A DNA stretch of 64,000 nt. Origin: Phoronis australis (taxonomy: Eukaryota; Animalia; Phoronida). Under the pieces are notes generated by a model. It was not told the origin of the DNA. It ran no database searches and worked only from the letters and a program-made list of their open reading frames with translations. The position numbers and the translations under genes are program-made. Of this stretch, positions 11,552-24,299 are shown in pieces (the first letter of the stretch is position 1; the number at the start of each line of letters is the position of its first letter). The stretch spans positions 1,322,710 through 1,386,709 of the forward strand of contig NMRA01000026.1 in the NCBI GenBank assembly GCA_002633005.1. Reading direction: 5' to 3'.

Positions 11552-11899
11552 TATTGTAAACAATTAACCATCTAATTTTCAAATTTTGCTTGGGGAAGTC
11601 CCCCCCCCCCCGAGAAAGGGTTTTGAACATTGGGACAGGGGACTCAGATTGTCCCGATATTGATGACTCGGAAATCGGCCAGGACGTGCCACGTGCCTTC
11701 CGCAAGTTTCGCCGGTTATTCCCCGAAAAATGGACAGCCAGTTACTCGACAGTGTAAGCATAGATTGACTAGTCATTTATTATAAAAAATAATGCATCAA
11801 ACGTGGTTTATGCGAATGCAAGACCACACTAACAAAGAAGTCACTTCTATGACAAATATTTAACGAAACTTGCGGAGACGATCTTCAAGACAACCTCAC

Positions 11900-11941
11900 C
11901 TCGCTAAGGTATATCGAGAAAGAGGCTAATCATCACGTGAC
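11900..11941 (-). promoter_or_regulatory. Putative RPLP0 TCT core promoter / 5'TOP non-coding first exon
   Basis: Minus strand reads gtcacgtgatgattagc-CTCTTTCTC-gatataccttagcgag|GTGAGG: a pyrimidine TCT motif, an exon of about 25 nt and a donor. It could splice to the acceptor at about 6447 upstream of the ATG. Confidence 0.55.
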
Positions 11942-14028
11942 TTCAAGGGAGATAATCTCCTTTCGTCGGCACCGGTTGTGCGTTCAGTAATGCCATAGAT
12001 TATAGTCTATGGATATGCCAGGACATACGCTAGGGCATACGCTAGGACTTAGCTAAAATCTAACTAAAGTTACGTGTTCTCATTTAAAATACACGGCAAT
12101 ATCTCATGTAATCTCGCGAAGTCTTACTTTTTAGCGAGGTCCTAGCGTTACTGAACGGGAGGCCGGTCTTACTGTAACGCGGGTCGGACATCAGTTCGAG
12201 TGACGGGTTTATTTCAGAGCGGTCAGTTTGCATTCTGGCGTGTTTAGTCAACATGATGATATTCATAAGTTGAATATTCAATATTATGGAAGTCGGAGCT
12301 TTGCTGTGGGCAAATGCTCAAAATCAAAATAGTGCCATTAACCACTGTGAGTTCAGCTGAGTCAGTGGTCTGGCACCCGGCCCGACCACCGCCAGGTGCG
12401 AGACACGCAGCAAGATCGGCACAGGGAGTTTTTCGGAAATCAAAATATGAAATTTTCAAATGGAAATGGGTCGTTTTGTAATGAATGTAACTTTCAAAAA
12501 TGAAAGTAATGATTGGAAGTCGAGCCTAATAAAAATTTCAACTTTCAGAAATTTTTACTGGTTGTGGCTATTTTTTTATAATTGACTTAGGTTAAAAGTC
12601 TTTAACTTTTATTGTTACCGAGCTGGGTGTGCTCTGTTCCCGACCGTGCGGGAAGTCACCCCGGCAACTTAAACCGGATTCAACTGAGCTCATAGACGGA
12701 GCACACTGACTTAAAAAGTCGAAGGTCATTTTCGGCTTTGGAGAGTCTCGGTGCAAAACCACTCGGTACCTCACCTCCCGGCCCCTCTTAATACTGAATT
12801 TGCCGGTAACGCCGGCTATGAAACCGTGGCGCCGGACCCCGGTTCCCGGGCACGAGGACCGTGGCATTCGGGCCAACTAAAGGAGCCGACGGGCTGGGGG
12901 TAGTCAAAGATGGAACTAATACTCGGCGAAACAAGAGACGGACGGACTAGTGTCAACATTCAAAGAGCTGCATTTGACCTTGGGGGGAGGGGCAAATAAT
13001 CTAACTGCACTTAGAAACGTATTCTTAATCATAAGTATTTCGAAAAAGTCCGACAGTACATTTCTCCAGAGGGACCCTCTATGTCAAGGGATAACAGAGT
13101 CCCCTGTAGTTTAGTTTTTACTTTACTTTCTAAAATTTTAAAAAGGTAACATAAATTGAGAACTCCAAGGTGCTCCGAGTGCTGCTCATTTCCTGTTTTG
13201 AAATTACACATTATTGGCCCCAGCCCGCTTTTAGAGATGATAAGTGATCTGTTGCCTAATATTTGATGTCTTGGTGATGATACATTTATTGTAATATAAG
13301 CAAAATATAACACATAGCTCCAAATTGACTCCATGAATAGCAGACTGCAAAATGTCCATGACTGGTTGACTAATAATAAACTCTATCAATATTAACACAG
13401 TAAAAACTAAATCACCAGAAAAGCATGTAGGAAATAACCAAATAAAAATTAAATTATCTCCGAGGGTATAAAAATGGTTGATAATTTTTTAAATCAAACT
13501 TAAAAGTTTTTTTTGGAAATTTCCAATAAAATATCAAATCTTAAAGTAAACCACATATTGTCTAATTTGAAACGCTATATTCCAACCCACTCATTATTTC
13601 TTGTTCAACATTCTTTAATTTTATCACATTTATCATTTTGGGTATGTCTCACTCTGTAAGTTCTCTACAAAAGTAAACGCTCAACAATTTTGTATACCGG
13701 TAAGCAAACTTTGGGACATTAAGTAGCATTTTTTCTCCCTTACGCCCCCTGTTCGCAAACTATCAAAACATATATATTTAATCTATCTTGCTTAGTTTTA
13801 TTGAGTAATCAACTACTACAATAATTCCATGACTAACTTTGTACAAAAATATTAATCAAGAAGCTCTCACTAGGCCTACCGCGTGTGTATACAGTGCACG
13901 TGCGCGATACTGTAAATCATCCATTCACTACGTGCCATCATAGATTATACTATAGTCTATGGTGCCATGATCTTCCTGCCAGTGGCATGGCATTAGGCCT
14001 ACAGGTCATTGTATTGGAATATACGTGC

Positions 14029-14331
14029 ATGGATCCTCAAAAGTACCCATACTTGTTTACTTTGGCTCTATTATTTGTGATGACTGGTGCAGGAGTTCTT
14101 ATCTGGACAAAAGAGACTTCAAAATGGTCTGACAAACCTGCTGTTATATTTGGTTGTGTTATGATCTCGTTTGGTACGTTACAAGCCTTCTTTGGGATGC
14201 TCATGCTGTGGTTGTTAAACTCGTCTAAGTCACCTCTTAAATCCACGGTGTACAACGTAGCTGATGAACAAATGAAAGAAGGTGTTGATCACGTCGCAAG
14301 GCTTGACAAAGATATCACTCATCAGCTGTGA
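14029..14331 (+). CDS. Hypothetical 100-aa protein with two predicted transmembrane helices
   Basis: MDPQKYPYLFTLALLFVMTGAGVLIW...PAVIFGCVMISFGTLQAFFGMLMLWLL followed by a hydrophilic tail. No family recognised. Confidence 0.5.
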   Translation: MDPQKYPYLFTLALLFVMTGAGVLIWTKETSKWSDKPAVIFGCVMISFGTLQAFFGMLMLWLLNSSKSPLKSTVYNVADEQMKEGVDHVARLDKDITHQL

Positions 14332-15291
14332 TACGGTTCTCTTACGTCGCCAATTAGACGAACAAGAGCGACTTTTAGGCATATCAACGGATATCACAAA
14401 ACATTGTCTATTTTACGTCTATTAGATCCACGAGAATTTCAAAATTTGCTCTATCGCTTAACTTCCCGACCCCAACTGAACAGAAAATACTGCAACCGAA
14501 GTAAAACTTATTTGTAAAACTTATTTGTTTTAGAGCACACCGAATGAAGTCTAACCTCGATACAAAGCTGTATACTAAATTTGACGATAGTCTTCATACA
14601 GTTGGCTGGCTAAATGAAGTGAAGCTTTCGCTAGACGTGTTAGATTGGTAAGACAAAAATTTCCCAACTAAGGTAATTTTCACTAAAACGTGTATGTGGT
14701 TTTCAAAGGTTGTGAAAGTATTCATTTCTGGTAGCCGAGTTATATAATATATCTTTTTATTTCACAATTTTTAAAGGTCTTGGCCCACATGTTACATAAA
14801 ACTTACAGGATAACGCTAAGCAGCTTTTCCCTGAGGGCAGTTCTTGCATTAGGTTAGATGAAGCTCTTGGTATATAAGATAGACAATTACTCTTCGGAAT
14901 CTGAGTGTTTGGGTCCGGGACAAGCTTTTAAGAGCAATTCAGTGAAAAGTCAGGCGTCGAGTTTTGTTCCTGGGGTTACAGTGACCTTTGGAAGTTGAGA
15001 TGTTTCAAAACATTCAAAGTGTTTGTCTGAAGCTGCGTGTTTCGCGTCTTTTAACGCTAAATAAGACTCCTATTGAATTTATGGATGCGACATCTTGAAC
15101 CAGCTTCAATGAGTCGCAGGAAATAAAACCAAAGAAATAAAAATCACCTGTTTTGTTTCTTAAATCAGCCGTATTTTCCAGGCGTACCACCACATTTTCC
15201 TCATTTTCCAATAATTTCGCGACCTTTCTGTGCTCCAGTGTTTCTGTGAAATTGAAACGGACCCTAAGATTCTGTAAAGTAGACCCAGTAG

Positions 15292-15472
15292 CATGGGTGG
15301 CGCAGCACTGAAAAAAGTGGGGGCTAAAGCCCCCCCCCCCCAGCCCCCTTGTGGTGCGCNNNNNNNNNNNCCAGCCCCCTTGTGGTGCGCCGCCTATAGA
15401 CCATGGGCGGCGCAGCACTGAAAAAAGAGGGGACTACAGCCCCTAGCCCCCTATGGTGCGCCGCGGCCCATG
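15292..15472. mobile_element. Tandem array of tiny CATGGG...CCCATG MITE units, 5-bp TSD (contains an N gap)
   Basis: Repeated catgggyggcgcagcactgaaaaaag units, end gcggcccatg, TSD agtag (15287-15291 and 15473-15477). Confidence 0.6.
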
Positions 15473-16732
15473 AGTAGGTCCCAGTGTTTGGAACTACACT
15501 GAGACCAAGCACTGGTTAAGTTTGGTTGACGATCTGATGATGAACAGGCGGGTACTGCAGACTTAGCGGCTAGTAATCATTTCGAACGGTAAAAATCTTC
15601 AGGCCCGAACGTGTGTCCTTGTATTTTCTAAACAATAAATGCGGAAAAATATCCCAGGAAAAATCTAATTCTCGACCATTGCAAGTACATGCGGCTTTGG
15701 GGGACAATTTTTATTTTGATTTTTGCAAGGACCCCTGTACCGAATGAGCTCACAGTTCAGACTGAAGCTATAATCAGGATTTTGCAAAGTTGCTTTGTTA
15801 TAAATTAGTTAATTATGGACTGGGATATCACTATGTTATCAGCTCATACAGAATGTTTTCGAGGTGTGAACAACATCACTGTGACAGGTACTGAAGGACA
15901 TCATGTTCCGTACATTTCCGACAGTGCGAAGAGGTTCCGCTGCTGCGAAGTCAGCAAGTCGCTGTTAGTGTTCTTTCCTATAATCGGAAACACTTATCCC
16001 TTGTCCTTGCAAGTTTTGCTCTGGGACTTTAAAGCGAAATTCAATCGGGTACAGTTTCACCAGAGTGTAAAGTGGCGTAACTACCAGATATTTTGACTTT
16101 TTGTCCACCGAATCTGTCGGGATAAAGATGAAGTCGCTTTCGAGCTGCCATTACTTTAGAGAGCGCCAATATGAAAAGTCCCTATCGTCACCACTAGTAC
16201 ACTCATTGTTCTCTTTACGTAGTTCAGCAGTATTTCTTAACCCGGCAATCAATTTATGTAGTACTAGACTTGTCTCAAAACCGTTTTTGTCATCAGGGTT
16301 GTAGTCCTGATCGTCACCGGTAATCAGCATTGACTTCATTTCCGTCAACGTCATTATCATCGTTGCCGTCATCATTCAAGCTGCCAAAAACTGGCATTCC
16401 GTAGAAAAAAACTAACTATTCATTTAGGCAACTTCTCTAGCAGTTCGTACACTCTAATATTCCGTACAACTCACTTTTGATGTTTCATCACCGTAAGTGG
16501 AAGAATAAAAACATTGCCGCGAGTTTGTGAACGAATATTAGGTAAATGCGTTTATACTTTCTTTTCGTTTCATTTATTTCTTTAAATTAAATAAAATGCA
16601 AGTCCTACGATCGGGACGCATAAATGGAAATATGTGGCAAAATTCGTCGTTTTGTCTTGCGTTTCATGTTGTGCATAGGTAGAGATGGTGGGATAAACAG
16701 TTTTGTTACATGTAGTTTATGATTTAATATGC

Positions 16733-16967
16733 ATTTTGAGCAAATGCCGAACGGGGCTGGGGTCAAAATCACAATTAGTCATAAAATATAGATTTTGAGC
16801 AAATACCGAACGGGGCTAGGGTCAAAATCACCATCAGTCATAAAATATAGATTTTGAGCAAATGCCGAACAGGGCTGAGGTCAAAATCACCATCAGTCAT
16901 AAAATATAGATTTTGAGCAAATGCCGAACAGGGCTGAGGTCAAAATCACCATCAGTCATAAAATTTA
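16733..16967. repeat. 59-bp tandem repeat, 4 copies
   Basis: Unit attttgagcaaatgccgaacrgggctgrggtcaaaatcaccatcagtcataaaatatag. Confidence 0.95.
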
Positions 16968-18666
16968 GAAAAATATCCCACTGTGACACATAATAAAACC
17001 ATGAAGAACAGTTGACTATCAAACAAATAACGATTTCAAAACAATTTCAAATATTTTTAAGAGAGTGTAAAGGGCATTCGAATGGGCAGTGAAGTAGAAT
17101 TTTCCTTACTTTTAATAAAAAAATGAATATTGTACACAGTTGCTTTTGATATCAACAAATATCAAAATTTAATAGAAATAGATTATGACATGAAGAAGTC
17201 GTTGTCCTCCGTAATCTAGAGCCTGAGTGGATTTCGGAGAATTATCGCCCACAAGGGCTCTAGGGAGGTAACGATTGAGAACATGTAATAATTTATTTTT
17301 TCCACTTACTGAACGATAAACATTGCAATGAATCGATGAACCTTTCTCGACTCGAGCTGGCTTTGTAACAACTTTCTATGACAAACGAGATAAATGACAG
17401 ATAATTTTTACTTATTTAAATGTTTCGTTTTTTGTAGTCGACGACTCGGAACTCTTGCGAAGAGGGTTCGAAACCGGCCTCGGGTTCACGCCAAAATGTT
17501 AATCAACAAGCGTTGATAACTAAATGGGTTGTATTGGCCGTGTCCAATGGCTATTGTGCACTTAACCACTTATTCAATAAGTTACGTTTGCGTGACAATA
17601 AATTCTGGAGAAAACCATTGAATCACACAGGATAGTAGATAAAAGCCTGTCTTGTCGAATTTCACAGTATACTAATGGTGAAAATAATTTATAATCAGTA
17701 ACTTTTGCCGATGTAATCCAAGATGACCGACTGATCAAAACAAGTGACCCAGAGTTCTTCACAAAAGTTGCTATAAATTTGTACTGCTTACACTCGATTT
17801 TTGCTATTTTTTATTTTTGTTACGTGCGATCTATTATCTTTCCGACGATATTGAAGAATTTCTTCAAAACGGAAGAAATGGTTCGGTCGCCCTATTTGTA
17901 CTTTTTCGTGAACTCAGTTGACAGTCTTCGATCCTACCCGCGTCGCAGTTTTAGATCAGTGAGAAATCTATGACATCCCAGCCCGTGGTATGTTGTCACA
18001 ACCTCCCACTACACAGCGGTCTGGCATTTTTCAAATGCCAACGCCATTTTAATTAAAAATACGTTGACATTTGCAAAAAACATTAGAACTTTCGGCACAT
18101 AACAATGGAGATACTCGACCGACTCGCCGTTGCTTGGTACACATACGTCTAACTGATTTGACGTAAGCCAAACCGAAAATTTCCTGTACTCAGCATTTTG
18201 TGGGGAAATGGGGGAGTTTTTTTTAAACAAAATAGTTACGAATTGCTGAACGAAATAAAAACAAAATATGGTTCATACTGCCAAGACGTGAATACATCTT
18301 AATAACAAATTAACTTCCAGTCTATTACCTTAAAGCCTAACTTCAAAGGAATTTTGTTATTTTATATGCATTACGCTAACCAGATAGTCCTAGCAAAGCC
18401 TTAGTAAAATAAGAAAACGCGAGTTTAACGTCATGTTACGCTGTTTTATTTTTTTTTGCGGCAGCCAAGGGGGGAAGGCCCGGGCCCCTTGCCCCCCCAC
18501 CCCTTAAATCCGCCTATGGTTGTTATATTTTACGGCATTGCTTAATACATTTTACGGCGACGTATCAGTGCCATCGCCGCAGAGCTCTGTGGCGCAATAG
18601 TTCATGAGCTTGCTACTAGGTGTCGCTACATATTGAGACGGAGTGCTTTTGAGTTTCAGCCTGTTC

Positions 18667-21600
18667 ATGTTTTTGGTGTTTTTGTTCGCTGTACTTTTTA
18701 ATTACGTGTTATCAAACAATGAAGACGTTTTGCTGGAAAGATGGGTCCTCGGATCCGGTTTCCACAGGTAAATATGCTTCACAACGAGCCAACAAGCCAG
18801 GATCACGGATTCCGTTCAACAAGCTTTTAAGCCCCCCCATTGGCATTGGCATTGCGATTGGCATTGACATTATAAAGTTGAAAAGAAGGAATTGCCTTTA
18901 AAGGGCATGAATAAAGAAAAGCTTCCTAGACCTGTAATGTGTACAATACGTTGATGACACTAGGCCTACTCTGGAGGCAGTGATTCATAGTAGTGGTGTT
19001 AGCCAAGTACTAGTCCAGACACCCTATTTGTCAGTTTGTCGAGTTCAGAGGACTATGTACAGAATCATCGGGTGCCACAACTGTCAGTAAACTATATGCA
19101 ATGCTTTTTGAGGTTAGACAAGACAAGTTGCCCAGAACTAGGGTGCAAGGGGGCTGGGTACAGGGGGCAGATTTTACTGAGTTGGTCCCCTTATATTTCT
19201 GAATTACTAGAGTCTAGACTAAAGCAAATCAGCACTTAAGCCATTCTCTGTGGGTAAGAAAAATTATAGCCTCTCAGATACATTTGAAGGTATGCTACTT
19301 TGCTTTCCAAGTGAACTTGTTTAAACAACCCCTACTTGTGGTTTGGAAGATGATTGAGACTCCCCCAAAATTTAGTTGAAAATTATCCAGGTTATCAGAG
19401 TCTTCTCAATCTTCAACTGGATGGACTTACATGTAATAACACGCCTTGTGAAAATTGCCAGGTGGTGTAGGTTCAATAGCCTTTCTAATTTCCTGAGAAA
19501 CACGGAAAGATTAAGACTTTACTTACCAGGAACCCCACGCCAAGGGATCCCCTTGAATCTCAATCAGTGCATCCCAGAAGGTACACCTGCCTTTTTATCT
19601 TTTTCCAAGTTAACTGAAAGAGAAAACAGTATGATTTCAAGAATGAGGGTAGTAGTCAGATTCCATTGCTACGTTTTGTGAAGTATATTTAATCAGACCC
19701 AGCTGCTCTTCTGCTAAATAATGGCACCTATTCAGTGGAAGTAACAAGTTGGCACTGTCGAATCAGACAGTTAGCAAAGTGAGTCCTTTTGTTGACTTGA
19801 AGCTCTTTACTTTCTATTCTTGAAACTTGAACAAGCATTGCTGTTGCAATAAGCATTGTTGTTGCAATAAGCATTGCTGTTGCAATGACAGAAATTCTAA
19901 TTTTAGAGAGATCAAGTCACAAGTGTTAATACCAGGGAAGTATATGTGGCACAGTGACATGACAGACTGCAGATTTGTATTCCAAGAGACCCTTCCATCT
20001 GGCCTGTATGTTGATGTCAATCAGTTAGAAGGTTTGCGATTAAAGGATGCTGGGCCATTTGTAAGTACCAGTCAGCTCCTTCAGTCAGTTCTGTATCTTA
20101 AACCTTTGTCAGTACTCGGGTAAAATGTTTCAAAATGATCATAAATTTTTACCAATTGATGTTTTGACAATAGCTGCAAAAAGAATACTAAACTTGGACG
20201 TGTCTTTTACTTAATGATTACAAATTTTTCTTGAAAAATAATAGCAATATTAAATCCACTTTTCCACCCTACTGTGATCAAATCCGAGGATTTTTACTTG
20301 GTAAGTTTTGTTCTTTATTGAAAAATACATTTTATTTACAAACTTGGTCAGAATTTATAATTCAACCATATAAAGGTAAAAGGCAGGAGTACTCCAATTC
20401 CTGCTAGATATCAAGTATGCTAGTTCTGTTTTGATTTTATTATAGTCCTGCAATTGCATAAGTGTATGTTCCAATATATTGAGCCTGAGTGAATTATGGT
20501 TCCATTTTACAACTTTTGAATTAATATTTCTAACTACACTGGTGTACATGTAAATAATTTGATATCTTATTGTTGGGTAAAAAGCTGATCTCCCATGAAG
20601 AAACGTGTCTAATGCTGAAGATACATTTTCCTCGTCTTAACCAATCTGACATTATGTTGACCCAGTTAGTTTTCTGTCAACATAACTTAGCGCCGTAGAT
20701 TTAAATTTCTCTGTTTGCCTATATAGTATTATCTTTCCAGGAAAAAACACTAACATGCCAATTGCTACAGAAACGAGACTGATTGCTTTTGTTTACAGGT
20801 TCATACAAAAGACGAAATAGATGTTGAAAAGCCGGAATATCTTTCAAAGAAGCATACAATCTATGTGTATGGAGATTTGTATAAACAAGTTCACGTTTCT
20901 AGTGATCAAGTTAACTGGAAGGGCATTGTCCAATATCCAGTGCACGTGAGGTATCACAGACCCAGTACTGACACTAGACGGAAAGTGTCTAGAGCTGATG
21001 TTAGCTTTGAACATCCAAAAGTTCTGGTACATGGTATGATATTGTCACACTACCACTTTTAATGGAAGGAAAACATGTTGCTGTAAAACTTGATTTTAAG
21101 ACTCATAATCAAATTTTGTCACTATGTTTTGACGAATTGCCACGTCACCTGCGACATACCGTAATTGGATGAACAAGGAAGTTTCTTCTCAATTTAAAAA
21201 CTGTACTTTAGGTTCTACAAGTTTGTGTTATCTCAAATAAAGTGCCATAGTTGACCAGGTTAGGGACCATGGTGGGCAAAATGCCCACTCTTTAATTTTC
21301 CAATTTTCACTTTTAAGCCCAGGTCTTTGGTTGTGGACTGACTCTTTAATTTCTATTGTTGAGGCTTGTTGTTATTTAATACACCACATCTTCAAGCGAT
21401 GTTTATTTAATTCTTGCATGTGAATTGGCCTGTATTCTGGTCATTAATCCAACATCGGCATTACCTTTAAATTCCAGTTATCTTTTCATGACCTTCCTTG
21501 GCTATAAAACACCCATTTTTGATTTTTCGAGATTTTCAATTTATGTACCTTGTCCATTAACTCAAGAAATATGGTAATTTCGATGCATTATAAGCAGGTC

Positions 21601-24299
21601 CAGGGCTGAGTTGCAGAGATGCAAGAATCTCACAGAGGAAGCTAGTGTGATCGTGCATTTGAATTGCAATACATGTCAATGTCTTACAACGCTTTGCATG
21701 AGTTTACTAAATTCACACCATGTGTAACAAGTTTGGTGACACTGTGTAGGTGATATTTTAGTCTATCATTACAAGTGAGTTTGACTATTCTTAAGATTGT
21801 TACTCTCTACAATGCAACAAGGATACTTCCCTGGTTTTGAGACTATGTTTTGAGACTATGTTTTTTAATCAGTTGCTTGCGTCTCTGTAACTATGCTTTA
21901 TGTTATTTCAGCTTCCTGTGTGGTGGACAGATATGTGATAGCCAACACTCTTCTGCCTTGTGGTCATCGTTCAGATGCCCTGTGTTCTTGGGTCGTCTTA
22001 CCGTATGTTAGTGTGAGTATTCGTACTGCACAGTCCAGTAGCCATGTTCCAGAATACCACAGTGCTTTCTCCAATGCTGCGGTATTTATCTCAATGCCGA
22101 TTATCCACAGGGCACTTGGCCTACAGTTGTATACTGCTGCAGTGCTAATCACCATATTCATTAAGCTTAGATTGCCATTTGTAATTCTGATGCCAAGAAG
22201 GGTTTACTGTTACTTAGAGAGTTCGAACACAGACATCAACAAATTTGAAAAGCTGACTGAGGAATGATAAAGTGTACTTTACTTGTCTGGCTCAGGTATG
22301 TGAAGAACAGTCCTGCCTTTCGAAAACTAAGCCAGTATTTGATATAGCATATTTTTCTACCTCTGCAAAAGAGCAATGATGAATCCAGGATGGGTTAATT
22401 AATTGTCGGGGCCATTAAAGCTACATTTTGCCCTATTTAGGTGGCTAAAAACCCAAATCTAGGCCTTTTATTCTCATAAACTTTGTCTCATAATACTCCT
22501 TGTTGTCATAGGATTATAATTCTGTTACCAACTAGAACATCCAAACCATCAGTGACTAAAAGAAAATGCTTCAAAATTTATTGGGGTTGACCAACCCTGA
22601 AGTTAAAAATTCAAAGATAAAAAAAAAAACAATTGCATGCGGTCTGATGTACACGTTGTACCAGACGTGTGCAGGCCTCGCATGTGGGCCCATTGCACTG
22701 ATCACCTGGAACTATTTTTATGCTTTATTAATATACGTTAAAAACGAGCTGCGGAGCTAGAAACATGGCTCAGACAAGGATTTAGCAGTGTGACATGGTG
22801 GGACTCGAACCCATGACCTCGAGTAAAGAAAGCGGGCACTTCTCAACCAGGCCACACTGCCTCCTCTAAATTCAAAGATGGCGTGTATACACATTGCCTG
22901 TGACTTGATTCAGTGACGGAAATGAGATCCTGCCATGGTGAGGAATAATTTGAGGTCAATTTCATGACAGTTACTGATATTTTAATTTTTAGCCTGTTAA
23001 ACAGGGTGAATTGTAGCTTCAAAGCTGGACACAGTACCCTTTGCTACTGTTTATGTCTGATGCCAGCTGACTTCTGATTATGGACCAGTGCTGTACCAGC
23101 CAATCACAACCTTTAATTTTATTATATTTATTATAATTGATAAAGACCTAACTCGATCCTAATGATGATTGGTGTGGTATCCTTATTTATGATACCACAC
23201 TTTGAAGATCAACACCTGCGTACATGCACAAGTCATTTTCAGATGAAGTATTAATACAGTTTGTGTCTTTGGTAGTCAAATGCTCCTTTGATAAAATAAC
23301 TAGCTAGCGAGTTTAAGCAAGTGTGTCACATCAGTCCTATGATCCATCTCTAGTCAGCAGACGTTTAGTAAGTGCATAATAAAACAGCGTTAAAATGAAT
23401 CATCATAGGACTTTTCTTAAGTGTTGGTTTTAGTCGAAGTTTGCTGTGGCCAAATAAAATTCTGTTCAATACAGTTGGTTAGGGCTGTTCCAGCAAAATC
23501 TGTGTGGGAGGGGGGGAAGGCAACTGAAATAAAAATTTATGGGTGGTTGCATTTGATTTAAATTCAAAATGGCTGGTGGTCGTACTTCAAGAAAATGAAA
23601 ATTTACAGGTCGTTGTTGTTTCATTGGGCCATAAATGTTTGATGGTGGGTAATTTTAGTAAATTTTATAAACTATCCGCACAGAATCAAAAACTGAAACA
23701 AAAATGCAACTTGCAAAAAGCTCCGACTTTTTCACTCCCTCCGATCTCCTCATCGGCATGCCCATAACACCAGTTAACCACAGGTGCTCGAATTTCTCGA
23801 TGGTTAATAACCATATATAAGAAACATATGTTTTCTTAGTAATGAATGACATTAGTGGTGATGGAGGAACAGATAAACTCAAGCGCCTGTGCAGTCAACC
23901 ACGAGAACAAAAAAAATTACGGGTGGTTGCATTTCAAACTTATAAAAAATTACGGGTGGTAGGCTGAAGAAATAAATGAAAAATATGGGTGGTGGGTGCG
24001 AAAAAAAGGTGCCTTCCCCCCTCCCATACAGATTTTACTGCAACAGCCCTTAGGACTTTTGGATATTAGAGTTATAATAGAGCAAGCATTACAGCCAGGT
24101 TCGTTGTTACATGTTTCAACTGTAGTTTGTTTCCTTCTCTTTTCAGGAGCGTAATGCATTGGATTTTGAAGTGCCTGTGGGCCGGGAAAGTCACCAATTA
24201 ATTGTTACCATGACAACTGTTGCCACCACTGTTCTAGGATGTGGACTTCTTATTCTAGGAAGCTTGTATTCAAACAGATCAAAACAGAAAGCTGAATGA
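18667..24299 (+). CDS. PIGX: GPI mannosyltransferase I subunit PIG-X (PBN1/PIG-X family), 247 aa
   Basis: Exons 18667-18767 (signal peptide, ending GSGFHR), 19907-20060 (CRFVFQETLPSGLYVDVNQL), 20799-21033 (IDVEKPEY...YPVHVRYHRP), 21912-22012 (LPC...CSW) and 24147-24299 (VPVG..H, TM helix, KQKAE* dilysine-type ER signal). Phases are consistent. Confidence 0.9.
22788..22861 (-). mobile_element. tRNA-derived SINE head or tRNA pseudogene fragment
   Basis: Minus strand ggcagtgTGGCCTGGTTG...GGGTTCGAGTCCCaccatgtc gives A and B boxes, but no good cloverleaf. Confidence 0.55.
23482..24049. mobile_element. PIF/Harbinger-type MITE in the last PIG-X intron
   Basis: TIR of about 40 bp gggctgttccagcaaaatctgtgtgggagggggg / cccctcccatacagattttactgcaacagccc, flanked by TTA on both sides. 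Confidence 0.85.

Noticed and set aside
15815-16375. Acidic minus-strand ORF (GDDQDYNPDD), possible decayed transposase or gene
   Set aside because: Short, interrupted by stops, and no recognisable domain.
18582-18662. tRNA-like start gctctgtggcgcaat
   Set aside because: A-box-like only; no cloverleaf or intact B box, and it overlaps the PIG-X 5' region.
19376-19681. 101-aa ORF in PIG-X intron 1 as an extra exon
   Set aside because: Exons 1 and 2 already join in phase (GFHR|EIK) and the ORF shows no PIG-X similarity.
19827-19890. Cys-rich NKHCCC peptide
   Set aside because: Translation of an intronic 18-bp repeat, 3 copies.
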